From Methanolinea sp. (GTDB lineage: Archaea; Halobacteriota; Methanomicrobia; Methanomicrobiales; Methanospirillaceae): a stretch of DNA of 64,000 nt. Of the stretch, positions 1-8,986 are shown in pieces; position 1 is the stretch's first letter; each line of letters begins with the position of its first letter. The notes under the pieces were generated by a model that saw nothing but the letters and a program-made list of their open reading frames with translations, was not told where the DNA came from and ran no database searches. The translations under genes were made by a program, and so were the position numbers. The stretch covers positions 17,913-81,912 of the forward strand of contig JALOPW010000002.1 of NCBI GenBank assembly GCA_025453675.1, in the 5' to 3' direction.

Positions 1-1
1 C

Positions 2-181
2 TCTGCGGTGGCCTCAGATGCCTTCCTGCCCTTCCCGGACACTCTGGAGGTTTCAGCGGCAGCGGGCGCGACCGCACTGGTGCAGCCCGGTGGATCCATC
101 CGCGACAGGGAAGTCATCGAGGCTGCGAACCGCCTGAACATGACAATGGTATTTACCGGTGTTCGGCACTTCCGGCACTGA
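2..181 (+). CDS. purH: C-terminal end of bifunctional AICAR transformylase/IMP cyclohydrolase PurH (5' part lies outside the window)
   Basis: Frame 2 reads ...[54 protein letters not shown]. QPGGSxRD and FTGxRHFxH are conserved PurH C-terminal motifs. Stop TGA at 179-181. Confidence 0.8.
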   Translation, partial: SAVASDAFLPFPDTLEVSAAAGATALVQPGGSIRDREVIEAANRLNMTMVFTGVRHFRH

Positions 182-213
182 AAAAAACCACGATACCTCC
201 GTTTTTAAAAGAT

Positions 214-223
214 ACTTATAAAT
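214..223 (+). promoter_or_regulatory. TATA-box-like element upstream of DUF4013-like gene A
   Basis: ACTTATAAAT lies 44 nt upstream of ATG 267. A similar element (ACTATTAAAT) sits at the same relative position upstream of the paralog. Confidence 0.4.
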
Positions 224-266
224 TACCGATGGTGGGAGCTATTCCTGCATAGAAGTGGCGATTCAT

Positions 267-1088
267 ATGGATTATAGTACACTGATTGGCAACTCCTTTG
301 AATATGCAAAGGATGGTCTCGTGAAAAATATCGCAACCTGGATTATCCTGATACTGTTGACCGTGTTGCCGGTGATTCCATTCATTCTTGTGCTGATTCT
401 CATGTTGCCTTCATTGATGACAGGTGCGATGCCGGATATTCCAACGTTGGTTGGGGGATTTGTTGTCGCATTTCTTCTCGCAATAATCCTCAGCGCATTC
501 TACATGGGCTACCTGCTCAGGATACTGCGAGGTGAGGTTCCTCTACCGGTTGTCTCCGGATTCGGCAGGCTGTTCACCGATGGGATCAAGTACATCGTCA
601 TTGAAATCATCTATTTCTTACCCGTCCTCATCATCCTTGCACTGACCGCCGGAGCAGCGATACTGAGCGCACTGCCGATAATTACGGCAATGTCAGGGGA
701 ACCAGACCTGAATGCACTCCTTCCCATTATTGGGGGCGTAGTGGCTGGCGTTCTTATCGCGGTCATAGTGGCGTTCATCCTCGGGCTTTTTGCAATCATA
801 GGTCTTGTCCGGTTTGCCCGTACAGGGAAAATGGGCGAGGCTTTCAATTTCAGCGCTATTTTCGCTACCATTGGAAACATTGGATGGGGAACGTATATTG
901 TTGCCCTGATAATCATGGCTGTCCTTGTGGCAATCGTCCAGCTCATCGTCGGGCTGATTCCCTTCATCGGCGGATTTGTTCAGCTTCTGATAGCACCATT
1001 CATCTCCGTCTTTGTTGCCAGGTATCTCTGTATGGTATATGATTCTGCGGTAGATACCGTGGTACCTTCCTCAATTACTACACCCTGA
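267..1088 (+). CDS. Polytopic membrane protein, DUF4013-like (paralog A)
   Basis: ORF 255..1088. ATG 267 gives MDYSTLIGNSFEYAKDGLV..., followed by many hydrophobic segments. N- and C-terminal motifs are shared with the next gene. The DUF4013 assignment is from memory only. GTG 255 is an alternative start. Confidence 0.6.
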   Translation: MDYSTLIGNSFEYAKDGLVKNIATWIILILLTVLPVIPFILVLILMLPSLMTGAMPDIPTLVGGFVVAFLLAIILSAFYMGYLLRILRGEVPLPVVSGFGRLFTDGIKYIVIEIIYFLPVLIILALTAGAAILSALPIITAMSGEPDLNALLPIIGGVVAGVLIAVIVAFILGLFAIIGLVRFARTGKMGEAFNFSAIFATIGNIGWGTYIVALIIMAVLVAIVQLIVGLIPFIGGFVQLLIAPFISVFVARYLCMVYDSAVDTVVPSSITTP

Positions 1089-1171
1089 ATTCATTTTTTC
1101 GTAATTGTCCTGTCCTGCCGAACAGAAGGCTTTACACATTTCTTACATTGCGAAGAGCACTGCTCGAAGAT

Positions 1172-1181
1172 ACTATTAAAT
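1172..1181 (+). promoter_or_regulatory. TATA-box-like element upstream of DUF4013-like gene B
   Basis: ACTATTAAAT lies 44 nt upstream of ATG 1225, inside a ~62-nt block that aligns with 208-270. Confidence 0.4.
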
Positions 1182-1224
1182 GACCGCTGATGGCACCTAT
1201 TGCTGCATATAAGTGGTGATTCAT

Positions 1225-1929
1225 ATGGATTATGGCAACATGCTTGGAGACTCTCTCGGCTATGCGAAGGATGGCCTCGTCGGCCATTGGAAACGGTGGG
1301 TACTGCTGATCATCTCCACCATCATCTTTCCCCTGATGATGGGATACACGATGGAGATATGGAGGGGGAAGAAGCCCGCTCCCGAGCCGGAACAGTGGGG
1401 GAAAATGTTCATCGATGGCCTCAAGCTCCTGGTCGCTGCGATCATCTATGCGATACCCGTCATCCTTATCATCCTTGTATTTGGCGGATTCGCATTCTTC
1501 ACTGCTATCCAGGAAGCGGCAATGAGCGGGGACCCCGATTTCTTCACCAACAACATCGACACGCTCATGCCGCTCGTGGCAGCGTTCATGGTCGGGCTGC
1601 TGATCGCCTTCATCGTGGCCATCATTCTGGCTTTATTCTCGACCATCGGGTTCGTCCGGATGGCAAGGACCGAGAAGTTCGGCGAGGCATTCAACTTCGG
1701 TGCAATCCTCGAAACCATCAGGAAGATCGGATGGGGGAGCTACATCCTGGCCCTGATCATACTGTTCGTGGTGGCAGGGATCATCTGGTTCGTGATCAAC
1801 CTCTTCAATATGATCCCCTTCATCGGGTGGGTCATCACCCTTATCCTCCTCCCATTCCTGATCATCTTCGAGGCCCGGTACATCACCTGGGTCTACGAGT
1901 CATCGGGTGCTGCACAGGGCGCCAGTTGA
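1225..1929 (+). CDS. Polytopic membrane protein, DUF4013-like (paralog B)
   Basis: ORF 1213..1929. MDYGNMLGDSLGYAKDGLV... and C-terminal FEARYITWVYES parallel paralog A (FVARYLCMVYDS). Hydrophobic throughout. GTG 1213 is an alternative start. Confidence 0.6.
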   Translation: MDYGNMLGDSLGYAKDGLVGHWKRWVLLIISTIIFPLMMGYTMEIWRGKKPAPEPEQWGKMFIDGLKLLVAAIIYAIPVILIILVFGGFAFFTAIQEAAMSGDPDFFTNNIDTLMPLVAAFMVGLLIAFIVAIILALFSTIGFVRMARTEKFGEAFNFGAILETIRKIGWGSYILALIILFVVAGIIWFVINLFNMIPFIGWVITLILLPFLIIFEARYITWVYESSGAAQGAS

Positions 1930-2127
1930 ATCGTTTCTACACCCATTTTTTTTTATACCCGCGGACACAAAGTATTCTCTGTGATGGGACTTCCATGACA
2001 GATCGTTTTATTCTCCGGTAAGATCCGGTTTTTTGACACCACCCTGCGGGATGGGGAGCAGACCCCCGGGGTCTCGCTGAATCCCGAGCAGAAACTTGAA
2101 ATCGCCTCCAGGCTCTCGGCCATCGGG

Positions 2128-3510
2128 GTGCACGTCATAGAAGCGGGATCAGTCGCCGCATCTGAGGGGGAGAGAGAGGCACTGCGTCGTATCGCCGATG
2201 CCGGGCTCCCGTCAGAGATCTGCACCTACGTCAGGGCTGTCGCGCAGGACATCGATTATGCCGCCGACTATGGGGCGGATTCAGTCCACCTGGTCATTCC
2301 TGTGAGTGACCTGCACATCCAGAAGAAGATGCGGAAGACCAGGGAAGAAATCTGCGAGATGGCTTTCAATGCCGTCAGCTATGCCAGAGAGCGTGGGCTG
2401 ATCGTGGAGCTCTCCGGGGAAGACGCCTCCCGGGCGGATCCCGCATTTATCAGGGAGATCTATACCGGTGGTCTGGAGCGGGGAGCCGAACGGCTCTGCT
2501 TCTGTGACACGGTGGGTCTGCTGACCCCTGAACGGGTGGTGGAGGTGATTCCCCCACTCTGTTTGGCACCTTTGAGTATCCACTGCCATGACGACCTGGG
2601 GATGGCCATGGCCAACACGGTCGCCGCGTTGCGGGCGGGCGCCCAGTGCGCTCACGTCACGGTCAACGGAATCGGCGAGCGGGCCGGGAACACCCCACTT
2701 GAGGAGCTGGTGATGGCGCTCGAACTGCTCTACCGGTATCCCACCGGGATCCGCACCGAGGAGATCTACCACCTCTCCTCCCTCGTATCCCGGATGACGG
2801 GGGTTCCGCTTCCCACCAACAAGGCAATCGTGGGAGAGATGGCATTCACCCACGAGAGCGGGATCCATGCCCACGGCGTCCTGCGGGAGCCGAGCACCTA
2901 CGAACCGGTGCCCCCCGAGAGGGTGGGGAGGAAACGCCGCATCATGCTCGGCAAGCACTCGGGATCTGCCTCTGTAGAGGCAGCCCTCTCCGAGATGCAC
3001 TACCATCCCGATGAGAGCCAGTTGAAGGAGATCTTAAAAAGGATCAAGGCCCTGGGAGACAAGGGGACGCGCATCACCGACACCGACCTCATCGCCGTTG
3101 CAGAGGCTGTGATGGCTATCGAGTGCCGTCCGGTCCTGAGGATGAAGCAGTTCACCGTGGTGAGCGGGAGCAACGTCATCCCCACTGCCTCGGTCACCCT
3201 GGAGGTGAAAGGAGAGGAGGTCACCGGCGCGTCCACGGGTGCAGGGCCCGTCGACGCGGCCATGGAAGCCCTCCGGAGATCGGTCGCTGCGGTCGCCGAT
3301 ATCCGGCTCGAGGAATACCACGTGGACGCCATCCACGGCGGAACTGACGCGCTCGTGGACGTGACGGTAAGATTAAGTAAGGACGGAAAGATAATTACGT
3401 CTCGCGGCGCCCGCACGGACATTATCATGGCCAGTGTAGAAGCGGTGATCGCCGGCATGAACAGACTTCTGAGGGAAGAGAATGAAGACCGGAGCCAAAA
3501 TACTCATTGA
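2128..3510 (+). CDS. cimA: (R)-citramalate synthase / 2-isopropylmalate synthase family (CimA-like). Coordinates start at the first in-frame start codon, but homology extends upstream to at least 2023 (see finding).
   Basis: [18 protein letters not shown] and HESGIH motifs plus a C-terminal LeuA-dimer-type regulatory domain. Close to my memory of M. jannaschii CimA. Sits directly upstream of ilvB-ilvN. Confidence 0.8.
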   Translation: MHVIEAGSVAASEGEREALRRIADAGLPSEICTYVRAVAQDIDYAADYGADSVHLVIPVSDLHIQKKMRKTREEICEMAFNAVSYARERGLIVELSGEDASRADPAFIREIYTGGLERGAERLCFCDTVGLLTPERVVEVIPPLCLAPLSIHCHDDLGMAMANTVAALRAGAQCAHVTVNGIGERAGNTPLEELVMALELLYRYPTGIRTEEIYHLSSLVSRMTGVPLPTNKAIVGEMAFTHESGIHAHGVLREPSTYEPVPPERVGRKRRIMLGKHSGSASVEAALSEMHYHPDESQLKEILKRIKALGDKGTRITDTDLIAVAEAVMAIECRPVLRMKQFTVVSGSNVIPTASVTLEVKGEEVTGASTGAGPVDAAMEALRRSVAAVADIRLEEYHVDAIHGGTDALVDVTVRLSKDGKIITSRGARTDIIMASVEAVIAGMNRLLREENEDRSQNTH

Positions 3511-5158
3511 AGGGCTGCAACGCGAAGGGGTGGAGACTATATTCGGCTACCCCGGCGGTGTAGTGTTGCCGATCTATGATGAACTTTACAATTCGTCATT
3601 GCGGCACATCCTCGTACGGCATGAACAGGCAGCCGCCCATGCCGCTGACGGGTTTGCCCGTGCCAGCGGCAGGGTTGGTGTATGCCTGGCCACCTCCGGT
3701 CCGGGGGCCTGCAACCTGGTCACAGGGATTGCAACCGCCTACATGGACTCCGTCCCCATCGTGGCCCTGACCGGGCAGGTCCCGACAAGCCTGCTTGGGA
3801 ACGACGCCTTCCAGGAGTCGGATATCACCGGGATCACGCTCCCGATCACCAAGCACAATTACCTCGTCAAAAGGACCGAGGACCTGGGCCACGTGATCAG
3901 GGAGGCCTTCTATATCTCCCGGACCGGCAGACCCGGGCCGGTGCTGATAGATCTCCCCAAGGATGTCAGCACGAAGGAGATCTCCTATGAATTCCCTGCA
4001 TCTGATGAGGTGAATCTCCGGGGCTACCAGCCGACCTACAAGGGGCACACCCGGCAGATAGACAAGGCCATCGAGATGATAATGGAGGCCGAGAGGCCGC
4101 TCCTCTACATCGGGGGCGGAGTGATCGCTTCGAATGCTGCAGGAGAGCTGGTGAAGCTCGCCGAGAGCATGATGATCCCGGTGACAACCACCCTCATGGG
4201 CCTCGGCGCCATCCCCTGCGACCATCCCCTCAACCTGGGGATGCTTGGCATGCACGGGACCAGGTATGCCAACTACGCAGTCACCGAGTCGGATCTCCTC
4301 ATCTCCATCGGGGTGCGTTTCGATGACCGGGTGACCGGGAAACTGGATACTTTCGCGTCCCAGGCCCGCATCATCCATATCGACATCGACCCTGCGGAGA
4401 TTGGGAAGAACAAGAAAGTGGATGTACCCATCGTGGGGGACTCGAAATCGGTCCTCCAGGAGATGCTGGCGAGGATCCAGAAGAAGAAGGACTACCAGAA
4501 ATGGATGTCCCGCATCCGCACCTGGAAGGAGAAATACCCCATGAAATACCCGCAGGACGGGGCATTGCGTCCCCAGTTCGTGATTGAGCAGCTCTCCGAA
4601 CTGCTCAAGGGCGAGGGGATCATCGTGAGCGAGGTGGGGCAGAACCAGATGTGGACCGCCCAGTACTACTGTTTCCGCCACCCCCGGACATGGATCACTT
4701 CAGGGGGGCTCGGGACCATGGGGTATGGCTTCCCCGCGGCGATGGGTGCACACTTCGCCCGGCCCGACCAGGTGGTCTTCGATATCGCCGGGGACGGGAG
4801 TTTCCAGATGAACATCCAGGAGCTTGGGACAGTCTCCCATTACCAGATCCCGGTCAAGGTGGCCATCCTGAACAACCGGTTCCTGGGGATGGTCCGGCAG
4901 TGGCAGGAACTCTTCTATGACCGCCGTTACTCCTACACCGAGCTTCCGCCCGTCGACTTCGTGAAGATTGCCAACGCCTACGGGATCGAGGGGATCCGGG
5001 TGGAGGACTGCAAGGATGTGAGGCCGGCGCTCCAGGCTGCCATCGAGACCGAAGGTCCCTTTGTCCTGGACTTCCGGGTGGAGCGGGAGGAGAACGTCTT
5101 CCCCATGGTCCCTGCCGGGGCAGCCATCAACGAGATGATCGGGGGGCACATCGAATGA
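3482..5158 (+). CDS. ilvB: Acetolactate synthase large (catalytic) subunit
   Basis: 558 aa. N-terminal GYPGG and [17 protein letters not shown], ThDP motif GDGSFQMN...NN. Overlaps the cimA end and the ilvN start. Confidence 0.95.
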   Translation: MKTGAKILIEGLQREGVETIFGYPGGVVLPIYDELYNSSLRHILVRHEQAAAHAADGFARASGRVGVCLATSGPGACNLVTGIATAYMDSVPIVALTGQVPTSLLGNDAFQESDITGITLPITKHNYLVKRTEDLGHVIREAFYISRTGRPGPVLIDLPKDVSTKEISYEFPASDEVNLRGYQPTYKGHTRQIDKAIEMIMEAERPLLYIGGGVIASNAAGELVKLAESMMIPVTTTLMGLGAIPCDHPLNLGMLGMHGTRYANYAVTESDLLISIGVRFDDRVTGKLDTFASQARIIHIDIDPAEIGKNKKVDVPIVGDSKSVLQEMLARIQKKKDYQKWMSRIRTWKEKYPMKYPQDGALRPQFVIEQLSELLKGEGIIVSEVGQNQMWTAQYYCFRHPRTWITSGGLGTMGYGFPAAMGAHFARPDQVVFDIAGDGSFQMNIQELGTVSHYQIPVKVAILNNRFLGMVRQWQELFYDRRYSYTELPPVDFVKIANAYGIEGIRVEDCKDVRPALQAAIETEGPFVLDFRVEREENVFPMVPAGAAINEMIGGHIE

Positions 5159-5658
5159 AGCCGCACACCCTGAGCGTGCTCGTGGAGAACAGGCCGGGTG
5201 TCCTCTCCAGGGTCACCGGGCTCTTCTCGCGACGTGGTTTCAATATCGAGAGCCTGGCGGTCGGCGTGTGCGAGGAGCCGGAAATGAGCCGCATCACCAT
5301 CGTCTGCATCGGAGACGATGCACAGATAGAGCAGGTGATGAAGCAACTGAACAAGCTGATCGATGTGATCAAGGTCTCAGATATCACCGAGAACGACCGG
5401 GTGGAGCGGGAACTGGCCCTCGTCAAGGTCACCGCCGAGCCCGGGAGCAGCAGGGCTGAGATCATGCAGATAGCGAGCATCTTTCGTGCCCAGATCATCG
5501 ACGTGGGAACAAGGACGGTGGTGCTCTCTATCACCGGGGACACGGAGAAGATTGATGCCCTGGAGAAGCTCCTCCGCCAGTACGGGGTCAAGGAGCTGGT
5601 CCGGACAGGAAAGATCGCCATCCTCCGGGGCGCAAAGACGGTAAAAAGCACAAAATAA
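5155..5658 (+). CDS. ilvN: Acetolactate synthase small (regulatory, ACT-domain) subunit
   Basis: 167 aa. [31 protein letters not shown] is the typical IlvH/IlvN ACT domain. ATGA overlap with ilvB. Confidence 0.95.
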   Translation: MKPHTLSVLVENRPGVLSRVTGLFSRRGFNIESLAVGVCEEPEMSRITIVCIGDDAQIEQVMKQLNKLIDVIKVSDITENDRVERELALVKVTAEPGSSRAEIMQIASIFRAQIIDVGTRTVVLSITGDTEKIDALEKLLRQYGVKELVRTGKIAILRGAKTVKSTK

Positions 5659-5692
5659 CACCACACTTTTTCAGCCTCCTCGCGATTACGCA

Positions 5693-5985
5693 TTCGATGG
5701 AACCCTCGCGGCCTTTCTCGCTTCGGTTAAAGATTCCAATCAACTCGAATCATGGTTTAATTAAAATCGCACTCCCCCTCATACGCTCCAGGGGCTCAGC
5801 CCGCACGTTTTCGCATCCCCCCGATGCGATAAACCCGAGTGCTGGAGAACAGGTTAGAATTGGATATCCTCCGGAACACCCTGCCCATGGACTATCCTCA
5901 TAGTGGGGGGAGGGGTTCGGGAGGGGGGATTCTCCCCCCTCCCGTCTGAGGGAGACCCAAAATCACAAGTTGTGGCGACCGCCAG
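5693..5985 (+). repeat. Long copy of a dispersed intergenic repeat element (5' module plus 3' module with a G/C hairpin core)
   Basis: The 5' module TTCGATGG...CAATCAACTCGAATC..TTTAATTAA..CGCACTCCCC recurs at 6013-6112. The 3' module CGCACTCCCC..ACGCTCCAGGGGCTC..ATGCGATA..CCGAGTGCTGG..CGGGAGGGGGGATTCTCCCCCCTCCCG..GCGACCGCCAG recurs at 42123-42357 and, inverted, at 25749-26020. Confidence 0.8.
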
Positions 5986-6012
5986 ATACCAATGGTTTCC
6001 AAAGGCGAAGCC

Positions 6013-6112
6013 TTCGATGGGATAAGAGGAGCGGAGCCCTCGCAGCGTTTCCCCCTTCGGTTAAAAATCCCAATCAACTCGAATCGTTGTTTAATTAATA
6101 CCGCACTCCCCT
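6013..6112 (+). repeat. Partial (5'-module) second copy of the same repeat, in tandem with 5693-5985
   Basis: TTCGATGGGATAAG...CCCTCGCAGCGTTTCCCCCTTCGGTTAAAAATCCCAATCAACTCGAATCGTTGTTTAATTAATACCGCACTCCCC aligns with 5693-5777. Confidence 0.8.
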
Positions 6113-6136
6113 TCCCCCGATTCTATTCCCGCAGTC

Positions 6137-6589
6137 TCAATCCTTCGCCCTGAAGACCAGCCAGTCGTGCTCTCCCGCCCTTTTAAACTTTACCAGGAGG
6201 TATCTCCCCGAGAGTCTGGTGCCTTCCAGCACCACCTCGATCTTCTCCTTCTCCCAGGTGTTGACGCTGAAGGTGCCACGGTCCCATATCCGCACTTCCC
6301 CTGCACCATACTCCCCCTCGGGGATGCTCCCCTCGAAGTCCGCGTAGGAAAGGGGGTGGTCCTCGGTCCGGACTGCAAGGTGCTTTTCCCCCGGCGACTC
6401 AGGAATTCCTTTTGGCACTGCAAATGAGACGAGCACCCCCTGGTGCTCCAGCCTGAGATCGAAATGGTGGTGGCTCGATTGGTGTTCATGGACCACAAAT
6501 ATGGGGATATCACTCCCTTCCGCCATTCTCCCATCCGGTTCAGGGGTTTTTGAAAAATCTCTCTTTTGTGTATACTCGTGCAGTGTCAT
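6137..6589 (-). CDS. Stand-alone LigD-type 3'-phosphoesterase (PE) domain protein
   Basis: From Met-156 of ORF 6137..7054: MTLHEYTQKRDFSKTPEP...FVVHEHQSSHHHFDLRLE...SFAVPKG...AVRTEDHPLSYADFEGSIPEGEYGAG.V.IWD.G, the characteristic LigD PE signature. The longer ORF prefix is non-protein-like and overlaps the divergent gene. Confidence 0.8.
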   Translation of the reverse strand: MTLHEYTQKRDFSKTPEPDGRMAEGSDIPIFVVHEHQSSHHHFDLRLEHQGVLVSFAVPKGIPESPGEKHLAVRTEDHPLSYADFEGSIPEGEYGAGEVRIWDRGTFSVNTWEKEKIEVVLEGTRLSGRYLLVKFKRAGEHDWLVFRAKD

Positions 6590-6698
6590 GAGCGCAACTC
6601 TGGGTTCCAGGAGTCCTGCCTTCTCCTTCCGCAGAAAAAATAAGGCAGGATAGCACACCTGTGAATGGTCAATCATATAATCCCTCCCGTAAAATACT

Positions 6699-8012
6699 AT
6701 GTTCGTGCGCACACTCATCCTTGGAGGGGGCCTTACCGGCATCACCCTGGCCCGCCTGCTGCACCAGCGTGGACAGCAGGTCACTGTACTCGAGGCTGAA
6801 CAGTCCATCGGGGGTCTCTGCCGTTCCCGCACAGAGAACGGGTTCACGTTTGATACCGGCGGATCCCACATCATCTTCTCCCGGGATACAGAGGTGCTGC
6901 AGTTCATGCAGGATATTCTCGGCTCCAACAAAGAGAAGAGGACAAGGAATACCAGGATCATGTTCCGGAACATCCTGGTGAAGTACCCGTTCGAGAACGG
7001 CCTTGCTGCCCTGCCGAAGGATGACCTTTTCTTCTGCATCAATGAATTCATCAAGACCTACCTGAAAGCAGAGAAAGGGGAGATCCCCCCGCCTGCAAAC
7101 TTCCAGGAATGGATTTACGCCACCTTTGGGAGGGGGATCGCAGAGCTCTACCTGATCCCTTATAACGAGAAGATCTGGAACTTTCCCCCGGCATCGATGT
7201 CAGCCCACTGGGTGGAGGGAAGGATACCCAGGCCTCCTGTGGAGGACGTGCTGAAGTCAGCGATCGGGATCGAGACGGAGGGTTACACCCACCAGTCGGT
7301 CTTCTCCTACCCGGCCGAGGGGGGGATCGAGGCCCTGGTCACGTCAATCAGCCGGGGGCTGGAGGAGTCCATCCTGACCGGCTTTCCTGTCCGCTCCCTG
7401 GCCTTTCGGGACGGGGTCTGGGAAGCCGGTGATGGAGACCGGACAGTCACTGGCGATCGGGTGATCAGCACCATCCCGCTCCAGCACCTCCTCCCCTGCC
7501 TTGACGAAGTCCCAAGAGAGGTGCAGAACGCGGTCAGTGCCCTCCGCTACAATTCCGTGTGCTGTGTCCAGGTAGGAATCCGCGGATCAGTGCCGGAGAT
7601 CTCGTGGCTCTATATCCCCAATAAAGAGCAGGGCCTGGCGAACCGGATCTCGTTCCCTTCCAATTTCAGCAGCCACGTGGCTCCCGCGGGCCATGCAGCG
7701 ATCCTTGCCGAGATCACCTATAACAAAGGGGATTCTGTGTCCCGCATGACTGATGACCAGCTTGTCAGCCACGTGATCGATTCGCTCGGGAAGATGGGGT
7801 TCCTCTCCCCGGACCAGGTGGTGCATACCGCGGTGGACAGGCAGAAGTTCGCCTACGTGGTGTACGACCTGGCATATACCACACATATCCGGATCATACG
7901 CGAATACTTCAGGAACCGCGGGATCACCCTGGTGGGAAGATTCTCACAGTTTGAGTATCTGAACATGGACGGATGCATCCGACAGGCAATGGATTGCGTG
8001 AGGGCGTTATGA
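6699..8012 (+). CDS. FAD/NAD(P)-binding oxidoreductase (amine oxidase / protoporphyrinogen oxidase / UDP-galactopyranose-mutase-like)
   Basis: N-terminal Rossmann motif LILGGGLTGITLARLL...VLEA...GGLCRS. 437 aa. Translationally coupled (ATGA) to two glycosyltransferases. Confidence 0.65.
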   Translation: MFVRTLILGGGLTGITLARLLHQRGQQVTVLEAEQSIGGLCRSRTENGFTFDTGGSHIIFSRDTEVLQFMQDILGSNKEKRTRNTRIMFRNILVKYPFENGLAALPKDDLFFCINEFIKTYLKAEKGEIPPPANFQEWIYATFGRGIAELYLIPYNEKIWNFPPASMSAHWVEGRIPRPPVEDVLKSAIGIETEGYTHQSVFSYPAEGGIEALVTSISRGLEESILTGFPVRSLAFRDGVWEAGDGDRTVTGDRVISTIPLQHLLPCLDEVPREVQNAVSALRYNSVCCVQVGIRGSVPEISWLYIPNKEQGLANRISFPSNFSSHVAPAGHAAILAEITYNKGDSVSRMTDDQLVSHVIDSLGKMGFLSPDQVVHTAVDRQKFAYVVYDLAYTTHIRIIREYFRNRGITLVGRFSQFEYLNMDGCIRQAMDCVRAL

Positions 8013-8986
8013 TGAAGATCAATTTTTTCGTCGAAGACATGCTCTTCTTCCGGTATATCGGGTGTGCAACGGTTGCAAAGACACTCTACAGGCAACTCCA
8101 GGGTGAGCTGGGAATAGAGGTCTCCTGGAAGAGTTTTTCCAACCACGCAGATATCGTGCATTTCCACACCTTCGGCCCCATCGCCGGCCTCAACCGCCGG
8201 ATGGCTCGGGGAAAGAAGATACTCACCGCCCACTCCACCCCCAGAATCAACATGGGGAACATCGCCCTCGCACGGGCCATCAACAAGAGATATCCAAAGA
8301 TCTACCGGAGGTTCGACCATATCATCACGATATCCCGGCCCTGCCACGAGGAGGTTACCACCATGATCCCGGATATGCCGGTCACGATGATCCCAAACGG
8401 CGTCAACAGGGACTTCTTCAGGAGGGACGAGGAGAAGGGGGCCGCATTCCGGGAGTCTTACAAAATCCCCGAAGACCAGGAGGTGGTGCTCACCGTGGCC
8501 CAGCAGACTCCACGCAAGGGCCTGTACGACTTCCTGGCACTCTCCCGCATGTTTCCCGAGAAAAAATTCATCTGGATTGGGGGGTTCCCTTATGGGGCCC
8601 TCTCGAAGGATTACGGGAAGATCAAGCAGCTGAAGTTACGTTGCGGAGAGAATGTGCTCTTCCCCGGTTACGTGAATGATATACTCAAGCCCTACAGCGC
8701 TGCTGATATCTTCTTTATGCCCTCGTATGCCGAGACCTTCGGACTGGTTATCCTGGAAGCCCTCTCCTCTGGCCTCCCGGTCATCGCCCGGGACATCCCG
8801 GAGTTCCGGGACATTTACGGGGATAATATTCTTTATTTCTCGAAGAAACCTGATGCAATTGCCATGCTGGAAGATCATGCCGCATTAAGGCGTTGCGCAG
8901 GCGGAGCAAGGGATTTCACGTCGCAGTTTGATTTAAAAGATATTGCCGCACAGCATATACGGTTATACAGGGAGCTTGCAGAATGA
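8009..8986 (+). CDS. Glycosyltransferase, GT4 (GT-B fold) family
   Basis: C-terminal FFMPSYAETFGLVILEALSSGLPVIA (EX7E-type motif). The ATG at 8009 overlaps the upstream stop. The ORF track starts at 7973. Confidence 0.8.
   Translation: MMKINFFVEDMLFFRYIGCATVAKTLYRQLQGELGIEVSWKSFSNHADIVHFHTFGPIAGLNRRMARGKKILTAHSTPRINMGNIALARAINKRYPKIYRRFDHIITISRPCHEEVTTMIPDMPVTMIPNGVNRDFFRRDEEKGAAFRESYKIPEDQEVVLTVAQQTPRKGLYDFLALSRMFPEKKFIWIGGFPYGALSKDYGKIKQLKLRCGENVLFPGYVNDILKPYSAADIFFMPSYAETFGLVILEALSSGLPVIARDIPEFRDIYGDNILYFSKKPDAIAMLEDHAALRRCAGGARDFTSQFDLKDIAAQHIRLYRELAE

Noticed and set aside
1200-2021. A 273-aa ORF in an alternative frame across DUF4013-like paralog B.
   Set aside because: Its composition is Arg/His/Pro-rich and non-protein-like. 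The overlapping frame encodes a membrane protein paralogous to the upstream gene. Only its last 9 codons (MTDRFILR*) matter, as the displaced cimA start.
6590-7054. N-terminal 155-codon extension of the LigD-PE ORF.
   Set aside because: The extension is unlike any protein and overlaps the divergent FAD-oxidoreductase gene and the shared promoter region. The PE-domain family begins at the internal Met (6589).
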